Source: Tubulanus polymorphus (lineage: Eukaryota > Animalia > Nemertea). From it: a DNA stretch of 64,000 bases. Where the stretch lies: assembly GCF_964204645.1 (NCBI RefSeq), contig NC_134031.1, forward strand, positions 15,239,807 to 15,303,806. The letters are read 5' to 3'. The notes under the pieces were generated by a model. It saw only the letters and a list, made by a program, of their open reading frames with translations. It did not search any database and had not been told where the DNA came from. The position numbers and the translations under genes were made by a program. Of this stretch, positions 40,701 to 50,201 are shown one piece after another (within the stretch, counting starts at the first letter, position 1; the number at the start of each line of letters is the position of its first letter).

Positions 40701-42649
40701 GTAGTCAGTAACCTTTCTGATGTTAGTAGTTTTGCTATCGGATTTTCACAAACCACATGCGTCAGGCACGTTGGTAGCAATTTTTGATTGCTGCGGCCAA
40801 ATGCCGATTTTGGACAGGTTCTAAAAATTGCTGCGGCGAATTTACTTAATTTCTTCAAAAATGTGGTATTCAAAGAAAAAAAAAAACATTGTTCTTTAAT
40901 TATTGCCGTGGCTATCGCCCCTGCACTTCCAACGCCACTGTACATTTGATAGGCCTACGCCAATGCGATAAGCTTACCACCAACAGTTAGGTACCGGTAA
41001 CTAACTACCACATGGGTAGTCTAGTAGCTAGCCGTTGTTCCTGAAACAACGTCTAAGGCGAAAGTGCTCATATAAGGTTAATTTTCGTCCCTCATTTTGA
41101 GGGACGAGGCTTTGAGCGTCTATTTCACCCCTTAAAACACCATCAACTTACCTCAAACTGACTGTTCTGTAATCAGATGGAAGTTAATTATTGTTTGTGC
41201 ATAAATTTGTAATCCTAAGTAGCTTTTGACGATCGTAGTAGCTCAAAACTTTTGACTAGTCGCCTCAAAAAACAGTTGAAGTGAAGCACCATATCAAATA
41301 TGGCAGCTTTTCGTGGTGCATGATGGGAGTGTAAATTAGGGATTCGAACTTAAACTTGGACTGACATTGATGCCAATGCAGATATTATTCTTGTTTCAAA
41401 TTTTTAAGGTTAAAATTGACCAAAATTTATGCGTTTTATCAACCAAAAAATAACATTTAGAGTAATTTTAGAGAGACATATTGAATTTTCACATTTTATT
41501 AATTTAGTCCGTATTGGAAATCCCGATAGTGGCAATCAAATCAATTCAAATCAAATCAATAAATTCTCCGATTCGCGATTTAAATCATCAAAACTTTTAT
41601 TATAAAACACGTTTTCAAAGTCAACAAGGTAACTAATTAACTTATTTAGTTATTTAGTATTTAGTTTTTAGTACAAAGGTTTGATTTGACACTAAAATCA
41701 GTTGTTGCATTGCAATTAGAATAACACTAACAACACTCGTATTTATGGACCGAATAAAACCTTCTCCTTGTAGCAAATTCTACAAAATGGCTAGAAATCA
41801 AGCGTGTATGGCTTATCAAATGAACTACGCCAAAATCATGACTGATAAGATTTTTTTAATAAAATTCAACCAATCAACTCTATAAATAATTTAATCTTTT
41901 AGTAATGAATAAATATACCAATTATTTTTAATGAAAGATTACAAAGTGAGAGAGCTTTTTATGGAAACCCTGTCACCTAACCAATACTAATCAACAAACG
42001 AGCCGGACACCAATAGGCCGCCACCAGGCCTCCTTCCGTCCGTGAATTTGATGATGATGATGATGATGAATTAACAGAAGTTAACCTCTATATGATACTT
42101 TAGCGCCAGACGTTGTACGGAATCGTAACAACGACTGGTAGGCCTATTCAGACTACCACATGGGTGGCCATGTGGGCCTGGTCCACTACATACATCTCTA
42201 ATAACATACTCCCTCCTCCAGCCACACATCACCTTACACTACACGTTACAGGCCTATTAATTTTCAGGAGCAGTTGTCGATGTTTGTTCTATTCTAAAAA
42301 AGAGATTTCGTTTTCCCAGAAAATCATGAATAAACAACACTCGCTTGGATTGGAAAAACACACAATTCTGGAGACTCATTTGAAATGAGGAGATTGAGAA
42401 ATGAATTTAAATTCACCGCGTGTATTGGTCGGAGGAGCGCGTCGAGGGACTTGTTTGTGAGAAGCGGGAGACTCAACAAGAGTGGCTCCTTTTTAAATAC
42501 AACGTCATTCACTCAAATTAAATAAACTATAAAATATCTGACCTTTCATCGTCCGAGAGGGCGTGGTCACCCCAAATTAAATCCCTGAATCTATAACGAG
42601 GGGGTAACGGTAAAACTCCCTGTCCTAATAGCTCCGCTTCAGCCGCCAT
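857..42649 (-). CDS. KCNT (slo-2): Slo2/KCNT-family (Slack/Slick-like) sodium-activated potassium channel, multi-exon; 3' end lies beyond the left edge
   Basis: Phase-consistent GT-AG exons: 42543-42649 ([28 protein letters not shown]), 18991-19070 ([26 protein letters not shown]), 18807-18912, 18618-18695, 17715-17823, 16808-16882, 16394-16477 ([13 protein letters not shown]), 14391-14485, 13795-13978 (pore TFSTVGYGD), 13554-13718, 13203-13339, 13061-13124, 12870-12978 ([16 protein letters not shown]), 12688-12796, 12002-12151, 11671-11915, 9179-9440, [7925-8030 or 6815-6920], 5270-5442, 5101-5172, 4350-4484, 4151-4262 ([16 protein letters not shown]), 2663-2764 ([14 protein letters not shown]), 2478-2561, 2062-2196 ([16 protein letters not shown]), then probable micro-exons 1588-1626 and 857-904. 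The motifs match vertebrate KCNT1/KCNT2 and invertebrate SLO-2. Confidence 0.97.
1588..1626 (-). CDS. Slo2 candidate micro-exon (39 nt, [13 protein letters not shown])
   Basis: ttttag acceptor, TCT|gtaagt donor, phase 0-0. Confidence 0.6.
3060..3480. repeat. 26-bp minisatellite (TATTGATACACAATACACGTGTATAG)
   Basis: Tandem near-identical units. Confidence 0.9.
3880..4135. repeat. ~11-bp AGTAGGAATGT tandem repeat
   Basis: Direct reading. Confidence 0.85.
4560..4890. mobile_element. Foldback/MITE-like element with repeated TCATTGGTCCCAC / GTGGGACCAATGA arms
   Basis: Left-arm subrepeats are reverse-complementary to right-arm subrepeats; flanked by a ~95-bp direct duplication. Confidence 0.6.
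5583..5744. mobile_element. pogo/Tc1-mariner-like MITE
   Basis: TA-CAGTCAACTCCCGATAT...ATATCGGGGGCTGACTG-TA: TA target site and CAGT-initiated TIRs. Confidence 0.75.
6170..6296. mobile_element. PIF/Harbinger-like MITE inserted in a minisatellite
   Basis: TIR GGGCCGGTTGCTCAAAAG/CTTTTGAGCAACCGGCCC, CWG flanks; interrupts a TGAACCCAGGAGG repeat unit. Confidence 0.75.
6300..6775. repeat. 57-bp minisatellite
   Basis: GGGATGTTACTGTATCAGCCCGAGATG... units; 19-aa period in the ORF track. Confidence 0.9.
6815..6920 (-). CDS. KCNT (slo-2): Slo2 mutually exclusive exon B (106 nt)
   Basis: [35 protein letters not shown], same length and phases as exon A. Confidence 0.9.
7925..8030 (-). CDS. KCNT (slo-2): Slo2 mutually exclusive exon A (106 nt)
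   Basis: [35 protein letters not shown], phase 2-0; homologous to the KCNT KG(Y/F)PP..PYIG...LCH...P.CCL.L segment. Confidence 0.9.
8190..8820. repeat. CAGTGAGTTCTAAAC..ACACCTG minisatellite
   Basis: Tandem diverged units. Confidence 0.85.
10259..10333 (-). CDS. Slo2 candidate cassette exon 3 (75 nt, phase 1-1)
   Basis: attgcag acceptor, [28 protein letters not shown]|gtcaaa donor, frame preserving. Confidence 0.5.
11162..11296 (-). CDS. Slo2 candidate cassette exon 2 (135 nt, phase 1-1)
   Basis: tttgcag acceptor, [46 protein letters not shown]|gtgaga donor, frame preserving. Confidence 0.55.
11498..11566 (-). CDS. Slo2 candidate cassette exon 1 in RCK linker (69 nt, phase 1-1)
   Basis: tttaaag acceptor, [27 protein letters not shown]|gtatcc donor, frame preserving. 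Confidence 0.5.
12216..12716 (-). repeat. 35-bp minisatellite derived from a Slo2 exon end plus 5' splice site
   Basis: Unit ATTACTCCTTCATACATCCAGGGGTCA|GTAAGTAC equals the last 27 nt of exon 12688-12796 plus the donor. Confidence 0.95.
13795..13978 (-). CDS. KCNT (slo-2): Slo2 pore-loop/S6 exon
   Basis: [41 protein letters not shown]; K+ selectivity filter TVGYG. Confidence 0.97.
14040..14380. repeat. ~25-bp CATGTTCATGTCACATG repeat
   Basis: Direct reading. Confidence 0.85.
14670..15750. repeat. 36/37-bp minisatellite
   Basis: GTGGTAGGGGTAAGAGGAAACAGAGGTCACATGTTCT units. Confidence 0.95.
16510..16815 (-). repeat. Degenerate repeat resembling a Slo2 exon end plus donor
   Basis: Units TTAGTTACAGTAAGTACT versus junction TTAGTAACT|GTAAGTACT at 16808. 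Confidence 0.7.
17866..18605. repeat. Purine-rich (GGAAGTAGAGGGGA) tandem array
   Basis: About 740 bp, almost all A/G on the plus strand. Confidence 0.95.
19260..20030. repeat. ~21-bp GATATATCTCGATT..CCC minisatellite
   Basis: Direct reading. Confidence 0.9.
20560..21290 (-). repeat. 26-bp minisatellite containing an exon end plus donor (CTCCTAA|GTAAGTTACC)
   Basis: Matches the junction at 21281; one unit at about 21020-21065 copies a longer piece of the exon. Confidence 0.85.
21281..21395 (-). CDS. Slo2 candidate alternative N-terminal exon (ATG 21384: [35 protein letters not shown])
   Basis: tttgcag acceptor, ATG, 34 open codons, AA|gtaagt phase-2 donor in frame with VRVEFF. Confidence 0.6.
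21975..22750. repeat. 17-bp GAACCAGCGGTAACGTT minisatellite
   Basis: Direct reading. Confidence 0.95.
24117..24397. repeat. CT-rich low-complexity repeat
   Basis: Direct reading. Confidence 0.9.
24830..25530. repeat. 57-bp minisatellite (CAGAATGAACCCTTCAA...)
   Basis: Unit starts at 24858, 24915, 24972 and onward. Confidence 0.95.
26889..27275. mobile_element. TIR-bearing non-autonomous DNA transposon
   Basis: CCGGCACACATCTTTGTGAT at left versus ATCGCAAAGGTGTGTGCCGG at right. Confidence 0.55.
27780..28228. mobile_element. GGGCGGATCCAGG...CCCCTG-type dispersed repeat (probable non-autonomous DNA transposon)
   Basis: Related termini and internal GGGCCCTACCCC.GAA.ATTTTGAAAT motifs recur at about 17328, 27400-27432, 52280-52551, 53027-53277 and 54900-54930. 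Confidence 0.5.
28350..29350 (-). promoter_or_regulatory. Candidate internal promoter / non-coding first exon of Slo2
   Basis: Non-repetitive CpG-rich block inside intron 1, ending in a strong TAG|gtaagt donor at about 28394; could splice to the ATG-bearing exon at 21395. Confidence 0.4.
29705..30300. repeat. GACAGTGAGA(T/C)A low-complexity repeat
   Basis: Direct reading. Confidence 0.85.
30870..31810. repeat. ~62-67-bp minisatellite
   Basis: AATAACACTGTAACCAGTTATACAATAATACCCCTC.CCCAACCATCAGCCC units. Confidence 0.95.
32740..33420. repeat. CAGTAATACATGTGT degenerate repeat
   Basis: Direct reading. Confidence 0.8.
33730..34370. repeat. Purine-rich GAGGACAGGCGAGGT repeat
   Basis: Direct reading. 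Confidence 0.9.
34754..35043. mobile_element. piggyBac-like MITE (290 bp)
   Basis: TTAA target duplication on both sides (34750-53, 35044-47); perfect TIR CCCTTTCAGTGC/GCACTGAAAGGG. Confidence 0.85.
35239..35455 (+). mobile_element. Penelope-like element terminal-repeat remnant with hammerhead core and inverted partial copy
   Basis: CTGATGA-TGGCTAA-tagtct-TTAGCC-GAAAC-GTT at 35419-35452; 35239-35300 is a diverged inverted copy of 35363-35430. Confidence 0.55.
35937..36026 (-). CDS. Slo2 candidate alternative N-terminal/cassette exon (90 nt, phase 2-2)
   Basis: Pyrimidine tract ending ctatag acceptor, open frame [30 protein letters not shown], strong CA|gtaagt donor in the phase needed by exon 19070. 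Confidence 0.6.
36730..37470. repeat. TGACTGGTACTGCCACTGGGTACC minisatellite
   Basis: Direct reading. Confidence 0.92.
37750..38420. repeat. GAGTGT-rich degenerate repeat
   Basis: Direct reading. Confidence 0.8.
38583..39740. repeat. 52-bp minisatellite
   Basis: GAGAGCTGGCAGCTTGGAGCAACCATTCCCAATGATAACTTCCAGGTTGGGT units. Confidence 0.95.
42543..42649 (-). CDS. KCNT (slo-2): Slo2 first coding exon (Slick/Slack-A-type N-terminus)
   Basis: ATG in AGGATGG context; encodes [12 protein letters not shown], the conserved KCNT2/Slack-A N-terminal motif; the phase-2 donor joins in frame to 19070. Confidence 0.92.
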
Positions 42650-44300
42650 CCTCAGTTAAATCCTACATACAGCTGACTGACACGCGCTGTGTGGAGCGGA
42701 ACGAGCGAGTCGCTTCACAATCGATGTATTTACAGAGATTGAACTCCTCGCGCGCCATCCTCGCACCGTCTCTAATCGCCGTCACGAGTTTACGGGTCGT
42801 AGTCGTACCAGGACACATTGCAAAGTACAAATACTTTGCTGGAACGTCGAGCTGATTTAGCGATTTTTAGACACTATGATATTCTGATTATTGTAATGAA
42901 TTGTTTATATCGTAGTAAAATCATAATTCAAAAATAAATTCAACAAACATATTCAATAATTAGTAAGGGCAGTTCCTCTGGTTCAAATTGTCGTTCCTCT
43001 CTAAATCTAAACTGAGTTTATGTACTATTAGGCGCTGGATCCACTCGCATCATAAATACCACCTACTAGTTAACGGTGATTAGCAGAACTAACAACTATT
43101 AAATATATTCCAGAGTTTAAGAAATTGTGAATGGTGGAAAGAACCAACAAAATCGCTTGGATCATAGGTTAGCAGGTGCATTTTATGATGATTTAGAAAA
43201 TAATAAGCGGCCATCGCGTTACACCGGCTCGTGGTGCCATCTTCAGCAAATTTAACAAACTAATCCCAATATGGAGGAGAGTTGAGTTAAGAACCAGTTA
43301 ATACAGTTAAATATGTTGTTTTTAGTTGATTTAGGAGTAGTCTTGTACCTAGCCGTTGTTCCTCGAACCGATAACAACGACTACAATTCAGACTAATTTA
43401 GGAGGTATTTAAAATATTGTGTAACGTTTTATTTCTTGATTTATAAAGATTTTGAATAGGCCTATCTTATGAATATCTGACTCCGGTGTGACGCGATGGC
43501 CACTTATTATTTTCTAAATCATTGATTTTTATTCGGCTTTGGGAATGGAAAACTCGAGAAATCTGGCCAAGGACGAAGTTCTCAATTTTGGCGGATAAGA
43601 CGCCGAAATCATGGATGGTGGGTTGGGCAAGATTTCCGCTGATTTCATCCTCACTGGTCAAATGTGACCAGGAATTTTGGTTTGGAGGATTTTGGTGGGT
43701 GTTTGGCAGCTTTTTTGGTCCAATATATTGGACGGCTATTTGGTCGGTATCAGACGGTTTTGGTCTGTATTGGACGGCTTTTGGTCGGTTTCAGACGGTT
43801 TTGGTCTGTATTGGACAGTTTTGGTCGGTGTTTAGTACTACCCAATATCAATATACACGACCTGCTGGCTGAAGATGGCACCACCAGACCTGTACATGGT
43901 TCCTACTACAGCCCCTTAAGTCAAATCCTTCAAAAAGCCCTCACTCAAAACAAATTCCAAAATCCATTTTTGAGGGCACAAAATTCCTCAAAATCTGAGT
44001 GTTAGCCCTTTGCCCCTCAACAAATTCTGAAAATTGTGTCTCAGGTAATTTTGTATTGACCTATTTCTAAAAGGACCTTTTTTTTTATTCAAACAAATCT
44101 CAATGTGTACATTACTGACAGTCCTGTAGGAACCCTGCTGTAGCCGTAGTAGCCTGTTTGTGTAGAATGTAGGCCAACCAAAAAAGGCAAAAAAGAAGGG
44201 GGCAAGGCACGCACAGGCCATCAGTCGGGGGCCAAAAACTTCATCAATAATGCTATCCCAAATTATAAATGCCTACTCTGAGTTATCGTGTATTTTCTAG
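42650..44300. promoter_or_regulatory. Divergent (head-to-head) promoter region between Slo2 and FAM20B
   Basis: CpG-rich 42540-42860; Slo2 ATG at 42649 (-) and FAM20B acceptor at 44301 (+) point away from each other. Confidence 0.55.
42663..42758 (-). promoter_or_regulatory. Upstream ORF (31 codons) in the Slo2 5' leader
   Basis: ATG at 42758 in the same GAGGATGGCG context as the main ATG; TAG at 42665-42663, out of frame with the main ORF. Confidence 0.55.
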
Positions 44301-44363
44301 GTAGGCCTACAGTCTGGTGGGAGGCGAGGTTGAACTGTTTGAAGCGAGGTCAGTGAGGAGGTG

Positions 44364-47300
44364 ATGCGGGAGGACGTCTGGATGAGGCGAGTGAAATTCA
44401 GATGCCGATTCTTCATTTTACTCATCTTCATTTTCATCTTAATCGTATCGATTGTGATCCTGGCTCCGGAAATATCGGAGAACGGGATTTACCGAGAAAT
44501 ACGGGATAATCAGGATTATGTAGCCGTGGAAACGCCGGATAACAATGAAAACAGTTGGATACGACAGGCTCCTCGTTTGAATTTGACTGATGCTGAAAAA
44601 ACGGAAATAATAGAAAATTATTACGAGAAATTCAAACTCGATTTCAATTATGTGTTGACTGAATCGCCGTGGAAACTAGCCGAGAGCTGGGTGAAACCTC
44701 GAGAAATACATCCTGAATATACGCCTGAGCTAGGTAAGCGCTATCTATTGGTATATGCATGTACTAGGTAAGCGCCATCTACTGGTAACATTTAGAATCA
44801 AACCACTATCGCTACATACAAAAAAGTAGACATTTAGAATTTGCAAAAAAACTACACATTACCTACAATGCCATATACTGGTGACATTTAGAACTACAAA
44901 AATGCCTGACGCCCTCTACAAGTGACATCATAAATGGAACCATTAAAGCCATCTACTGGTGATTTCTAGTACCATACTTACTTCGGTTCATCATTGATCA
45001 TCGATTCGATCGTTTTTCCAGTTAGAATTGCAATCAAACTCTGACTACGCGACCTTCGACCTGTAGGGCGACCATCACACTGCTGCCTGCTAGCCATCTT
45101 TAAAATTTCTATTAATCAAAGATAAAAAATTTGATGAAAATCAATTCAACTTCCCCCATACCCCCTTGTTCTCTTTGCTTAACTACAACTGTGAAAAATC
45201 CCTTCCCATCCCACTATGATCTCGCAGTGATCCATCTACTACAGTGATCCCACAGTAATCTACAGTGATCCCACTGTGATCCAGCATATTATATCCCACT
45301 ATGATCTCACAGTGATCCAGCTGAAATCCCACTGATGATCTCTTATAGTGATCTTACAGTGATGCCACCGGGATGTCAAAATGATCTCAATGTGATGTCA
45401 CAGTGATCTCAATGTGATGTCACAATGATCCCACAGTGATCTTACAGTGATCTCCCACTGATCTTGTAGAGATCCAACTCTTCTCAGTGATCCTACATTG
45501 ATGTCAGAGAGATCCCTCTGGGATCCAGCTAGTAGGCCTACACTGATTCCACAGTGATCCACTGTGATTCATTTAGTACACTGATTCCACACAGTGATCC
45601 ACCGTGATCCAGCTAGTACCGTGATCCACAGTGATCCATTTAGTACACTGATTCCACTGTGATCCAGCTAGTACAGTGATTCCGCAGTGATCCACTGTGA
45701 TCCAGCTAGTACAATGATTCCGCAGTGATCCACTGTGATCCAGCTAGTACAGTGATTCCGCAGTGATCCACTGGGATCCAGCTAGTACAGTGATTCCGCA
45801 GTGATCCACTGTGATCCAGCTAGTTCAATGATTCCGCAGTGATCCACTGTGATCCAGCTAGTACAGTGATTCCGCAGCGATCCACTGTGATCCAGCTAGT
45901 ACAGTGATTCCACAGTGATCCAACTAGTACAATGATTCCACAGTGATCCACTGTGATCCAGCTAGTACAGTGATTCCACAGTGATCCACTATGATCCAGC
46001 TAGTACAGTGATTCCACAGTGATTCCACAGTGATCCAGCTAGTACAATGATTCCACAGTGATCCACTCTGATCCAGCTAGTACAGTGATTCCGCAGTGAT
46101 CCACTGTGATCCAGCTAGTACATTGATTCCGCAGTGATCCACTATGATCCAACTAGTACAGTGATTCCACTGTGATCCAGCTAGTACACTGATGACGCTA
46201 GTACGCTGTGATCCAGCCAGCACAGTAATCCGGCTGTAATCCAGCAGAAATTCTGGCTGTGATCGGTATGCCTATCAGTAATATATAACAAATGGACCAA
46301 GTTATCGTTGGAACGGTTGATTAAAAGCTGAAATTTCCCATTAGACTCTGTTCTCTTGTAACAGGAAATTGGAAATCAATTTTACATCAATTTTTCTCTC
46401 TCTAACAGAGTCTCTCACTCCCCTAACTGTAGAGCTAATCTGAACCTGGGTCTGTGTGCGTGTGCGTGTGTGTGTAAATAGTCTGAGGGAATGACCAGCC
46501 TCCAGACACTCATTTCCCAACTCATCTCTACTCATTACAGAAAACTACTGGCACTAGATTAGATTAAACCACGCGCAGTTACTCCCGGAGTACTGCTGCT
46601 AGCGGTTCAATGTCTGATCTAGCAATCAGCGTAAAATGTCAACAATGGACACTGCGCTGCATGATACACCATTGCCATGACAACAGCACGATACGGAATA
46701 AATACATATTTTCATCAATTCATAAAACACTTAGTTTTTGGTAGTATTTGAGTGAGCATTAGTTTCTATGATGAATAGTTTAGTGGAGGTGAAGCCGGGG
46801 GTGTCCATGGGCTAGGGGGAGGGTGGATGTGTATCATAGACCCTACAAAAACTTATCACAGGCTCAGTGTCTGTTGCTGCTGCGGGGTCTGAGCTGGACA
46901 ACTGTTTCCCTGGCAAGTGAGGGTACTATACATGCATAGATAGAGTGAGGGGTCAGGGGGTGAGAGACTGGTGAGAGGGGTCAGTGATTGACGTATACTA
47001 TTCAGAATCCACCCTCCTCTCTCCCCCTGTCCCCTTCTATTGACACTTACCTCTAAACTGATAAAACTCATACAGTTTTATAGAAATCCACTCTGTAGTA
47101 AGATCAGTGTATGATATACGGTAGTAGTTTTATCTGCATGATTGTAATTGACATGACACAGCAATGGGGCTACTGATGCTGCCACATGGTAGCTGCTGCT
47201 GGTACCTACTGCTGCTTGTGCTGCTGCTACATGGTAGCTGCTGCTGGTACCTATTACATGGTAGTTCATGGTTACTGCTGGTGATATCTACATGTATGTA

Positions 47301-49140
47301 TTTTGCAGGTATGATCTTGAATGAGATGTCGACTGGTAGAATATTAGAGGCTGATGTCGGACACGGTGGAACGCAGCTGAAACTATCACTTGTTTTACGC
47401 GGTGGACAAAAAGTTGCATTTAAACCGAAATGGTAAATGTTCATCATCAGACATTCATTCCCCTCGTGATGTCATCGATGATGTCATAGGGAGATATCGG
47501 TGTTGTCTTTCTAGGTATGATAGAGATTTTGTAGTTCTCGGTAAGCCATATGATGGCGCTGATCGTCATAATGCCGAAATTGCTGCATTTCATTTAAACA
47601 GGTACGAATTCATATGGATGTAAAATAGCATATAGATTATTCGTAGTTTCTTCACTGATTTGTTTTTTTTTGGTGGTTTTTTTGGTTTTTATAGAATTCT
47701 AGGTTTGAGAAGAGCGCCCCTGGTTGTCGGTCGGAGAATCAATCTGAAAACGGAGATTTTACCAGTTGCTAAGAAACGTTTATCCGATACGTTCTTTACA
47801 CGCGGTGAGTATTAACTCAGAGTCCCACTCACTGTTCACTCACTGACATTCCCATTAACATTCCCCCTCACTGTTCACTCACTGACATTCCCATTATGAA
47901 CATTCCCCTCACTGGTCACTCACAGACCCCTCGGGCTTCAGGGAAAATACAAACATAAGTATCAGGGTTTTTACAATTTCAGATGAGCAGAATCTATGTT
48001 TTTATGGTAAATGTTTGTATTGTAAAAGTGAATCCGATGGAGTTTGTGCCAAAGGACATGTACTAGAAGGCATTGTCATACTGTGGTTACCTAGCAACTA
48101 TAAACTACAAAACCATCGGTCGCCGTGGCAACGGACATATCGAGACGATCGTAAAGCGAGGTATGAATTCGGGATTAAACCGGTATTAACCAGATGGGAT
48201 TACTGCGAGAGAGAATAATCTCGGATTAATGTTTATTTGTAGGTGGGAGAATAATGATAGATATTGCGATTGGATTAAATCTCTTCCGTTGTTCAATCAA
48301 GGGCCGCGATTATTAGATCTGATAGATGGCGCCGTTTTGGATTATTTAATCGGTAATGCCGATCGTCATCACTATGAAACGATGAAGAATTTCACAAACA
48401 GTGCCGTTTTATTGTTAGACAACGCTAAGAGGTACCGTTCAGTTTCTACTCCATAATCAATAGTTACTGTAAACAGTTATCCATTAGTCTCTGTACATTG
48501 TAACTACTAGTTACTGCAATCATTAGTAACTGTAAACTGTAACTAATGATTACTGTAACCAGTAGCTAATGTAAACTGTAACTACCGGTTGCTGTAAACG
48601 GTAACTAATAGTCATGGTAAACAGAAGTTGCTGTACAGTGTGACTTATAGTTAATGTAAACTAAAACTACTGGTTACTGTGCATTGTGACTTAAAGTTAA
48701 TGTGATCAGTTACTGTAAACTGTAAAAGTTGATGTATTGTTTTGTTTATTGTAGTTTTGGGAATCCATTTCATGATGAACAGACTATATTAGCACCTATA
48801 TATCAGTGTTGCATGTAAGTATGAGCTGTTTCCATTGACTCCCCACTCCCTTCGAAATCCCCTCTCCCTAGTTCCTTTCCATTCTGATGAGTTTCAATGA
48901 TTGTATATTTTCAGTATAAGACGTAAGACGTACGAACAGTTATTAAAGTTCACCGATGGTTTACTCAGTTCGCTCATCAGACGGATTTTAGCCGATGACC
49001 CGATTTCTCCTATTTTAACTGATTTACATTTAAAAGCTCTAGACCGTCGATTGAATATGTTGCTATCGACGATACAACAATGCATTCAGTTAAACGGCGC
49101 CGAAGAAAACGTCCTCGTTGGAGATGACGAAAATTTATGA
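44364..49140 (+). CDS. FAM20B: Glycosaminoglycan xylosylkinase FAM20B (type II Golgi kinase), 8 coding exons
   Basis: Exons 44364-44733, 47309-47432, 47515-47601, 47695-47804, 47983-48160, 48243-48431, 48755-48814, 48915-49140. N-terminal TM anchor; motifs [100 protein letters not shown]. The GQK..FKP and DNAK forms indicate FAM20B rather than FAM20C. Confidence 0.96.
45200..46260. repeat. CAGTGATCC-based minisatellite in FAM20B intron
   Basis: Direct reading. Confidence 0.92.
48460..48730. repeat. TTACTGTAAAC degenerate repeat
   Basis: Direct reading. Confidence 0.7.
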
Positions 49141-49643
49141 TGAATATTCTTAGTCATTTGGCTCAGTGGTATGTAAACTGCTCACTAGGTGGTGCCCTCT
49201 GTCAACGGTTGGTTTTTCTAGTCAAATTGTTTTAAGTTCGTAAAACCATGGTTAGATGGCAGCACGACACGGTCTACTACTTATTAACGGATGTAAACAG
49301 TTTTTGCGGTATACAGTACCTGTGAACTCGGCTGCACTTGCTCCTCTCTAGAACGGAATATTGATTCCACATTCCACACTCATTACAAACATGTGTTCAG
49401 CGTTTAATCAGTAATGCATATATTCATTAATTGTTTTTGGTTATTGATCCAGTGTTGGGGATAGAACTGTAGCTGCTGTCTCATAGGACAGAGGGAGGGA
49501 GGGGGTTACTGAAGTATTGTTCTTCGTATTTGGTAAAACAAATAAAATTTGACAAGAATGAAATATATTTTGAAATGATGAGTTTGTTTTTAGATTATCG
49601 AGAGTGCCACCTATATGTGGCATTGTTGTTTTTACGAGTACCA

Positions 49644-49823
49644 CTGGAGCTTGTATTTGAAGTTTGGGAGTGAATAACTCACCCCCAAACTTCAACAGTT
49701 ACTGTAGCAATAGATCATCCAGCCCTGATACTTATATAAAAAGAATATTTTAGTACGAATAATTTCCAGGTATACTGGATGGTCGAAGCTACAGTTCACC
49801 CCAAACTTCAAATACGAGCCCTG
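49644..49823. mobile_element. Harbinger-like MITE
   Basis: GGAGCTTGTATTTGAAGTTTGGG / CCCAAACTTCAAATACGAGCCC with CTG flanks. Confidence 0.6.
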
Positions 49824-49975
49824 TGACAAATACGAATATTTATTACTCTCCAACTATTTCCATTTTAATGGAGAGTATTGGAGACGTCAATTGGTTGATT
49901 CGAGAATTAGAATGAACCCAAATGTTGTGGCAACTTAGTACCGTCCCTCAATGGGAGTTTCTGTGAACTAATCTA

Positions 49976-50090
49976 CTGGGTCCAGTTCTACAGTTCTGTG
50001 TTAAGATTTGACTCGGAGTTAACTCATTGAAAGTGAACTATCTTTAACTTGGAGTTAACTCTTAGCTCACTACTGTGAAACTTGGTCCAG
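49976..50090. mobile_element. Degenerate Harbinger-like MITE
   Basis: CTGGGTCCAGTTCTACAG...CTGTGAAACTTGGTCCAG with internal GAGTTAACTC palindromes. Confidence 0.45.
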
Positions 50091-50201
50091 GTTGGCCTAA
50101 TGACCCTGACTTGAGGGAACTTGCACAGAGCCTCTATCTCCAAAGCCTAGACTGCCAGAGGAGGTTTTCAACAATCCAGAAAGAAGAAAACGCACAAAAA
50201 A

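Noticed and set aside
40600-41500. Possible DNA-transposon remnant or extra Slo2 5' exons (donor-like sites at about 40977 and 41151)
   Set aside because: No clear TIRs, target duplication or in-phase open frame could be established.
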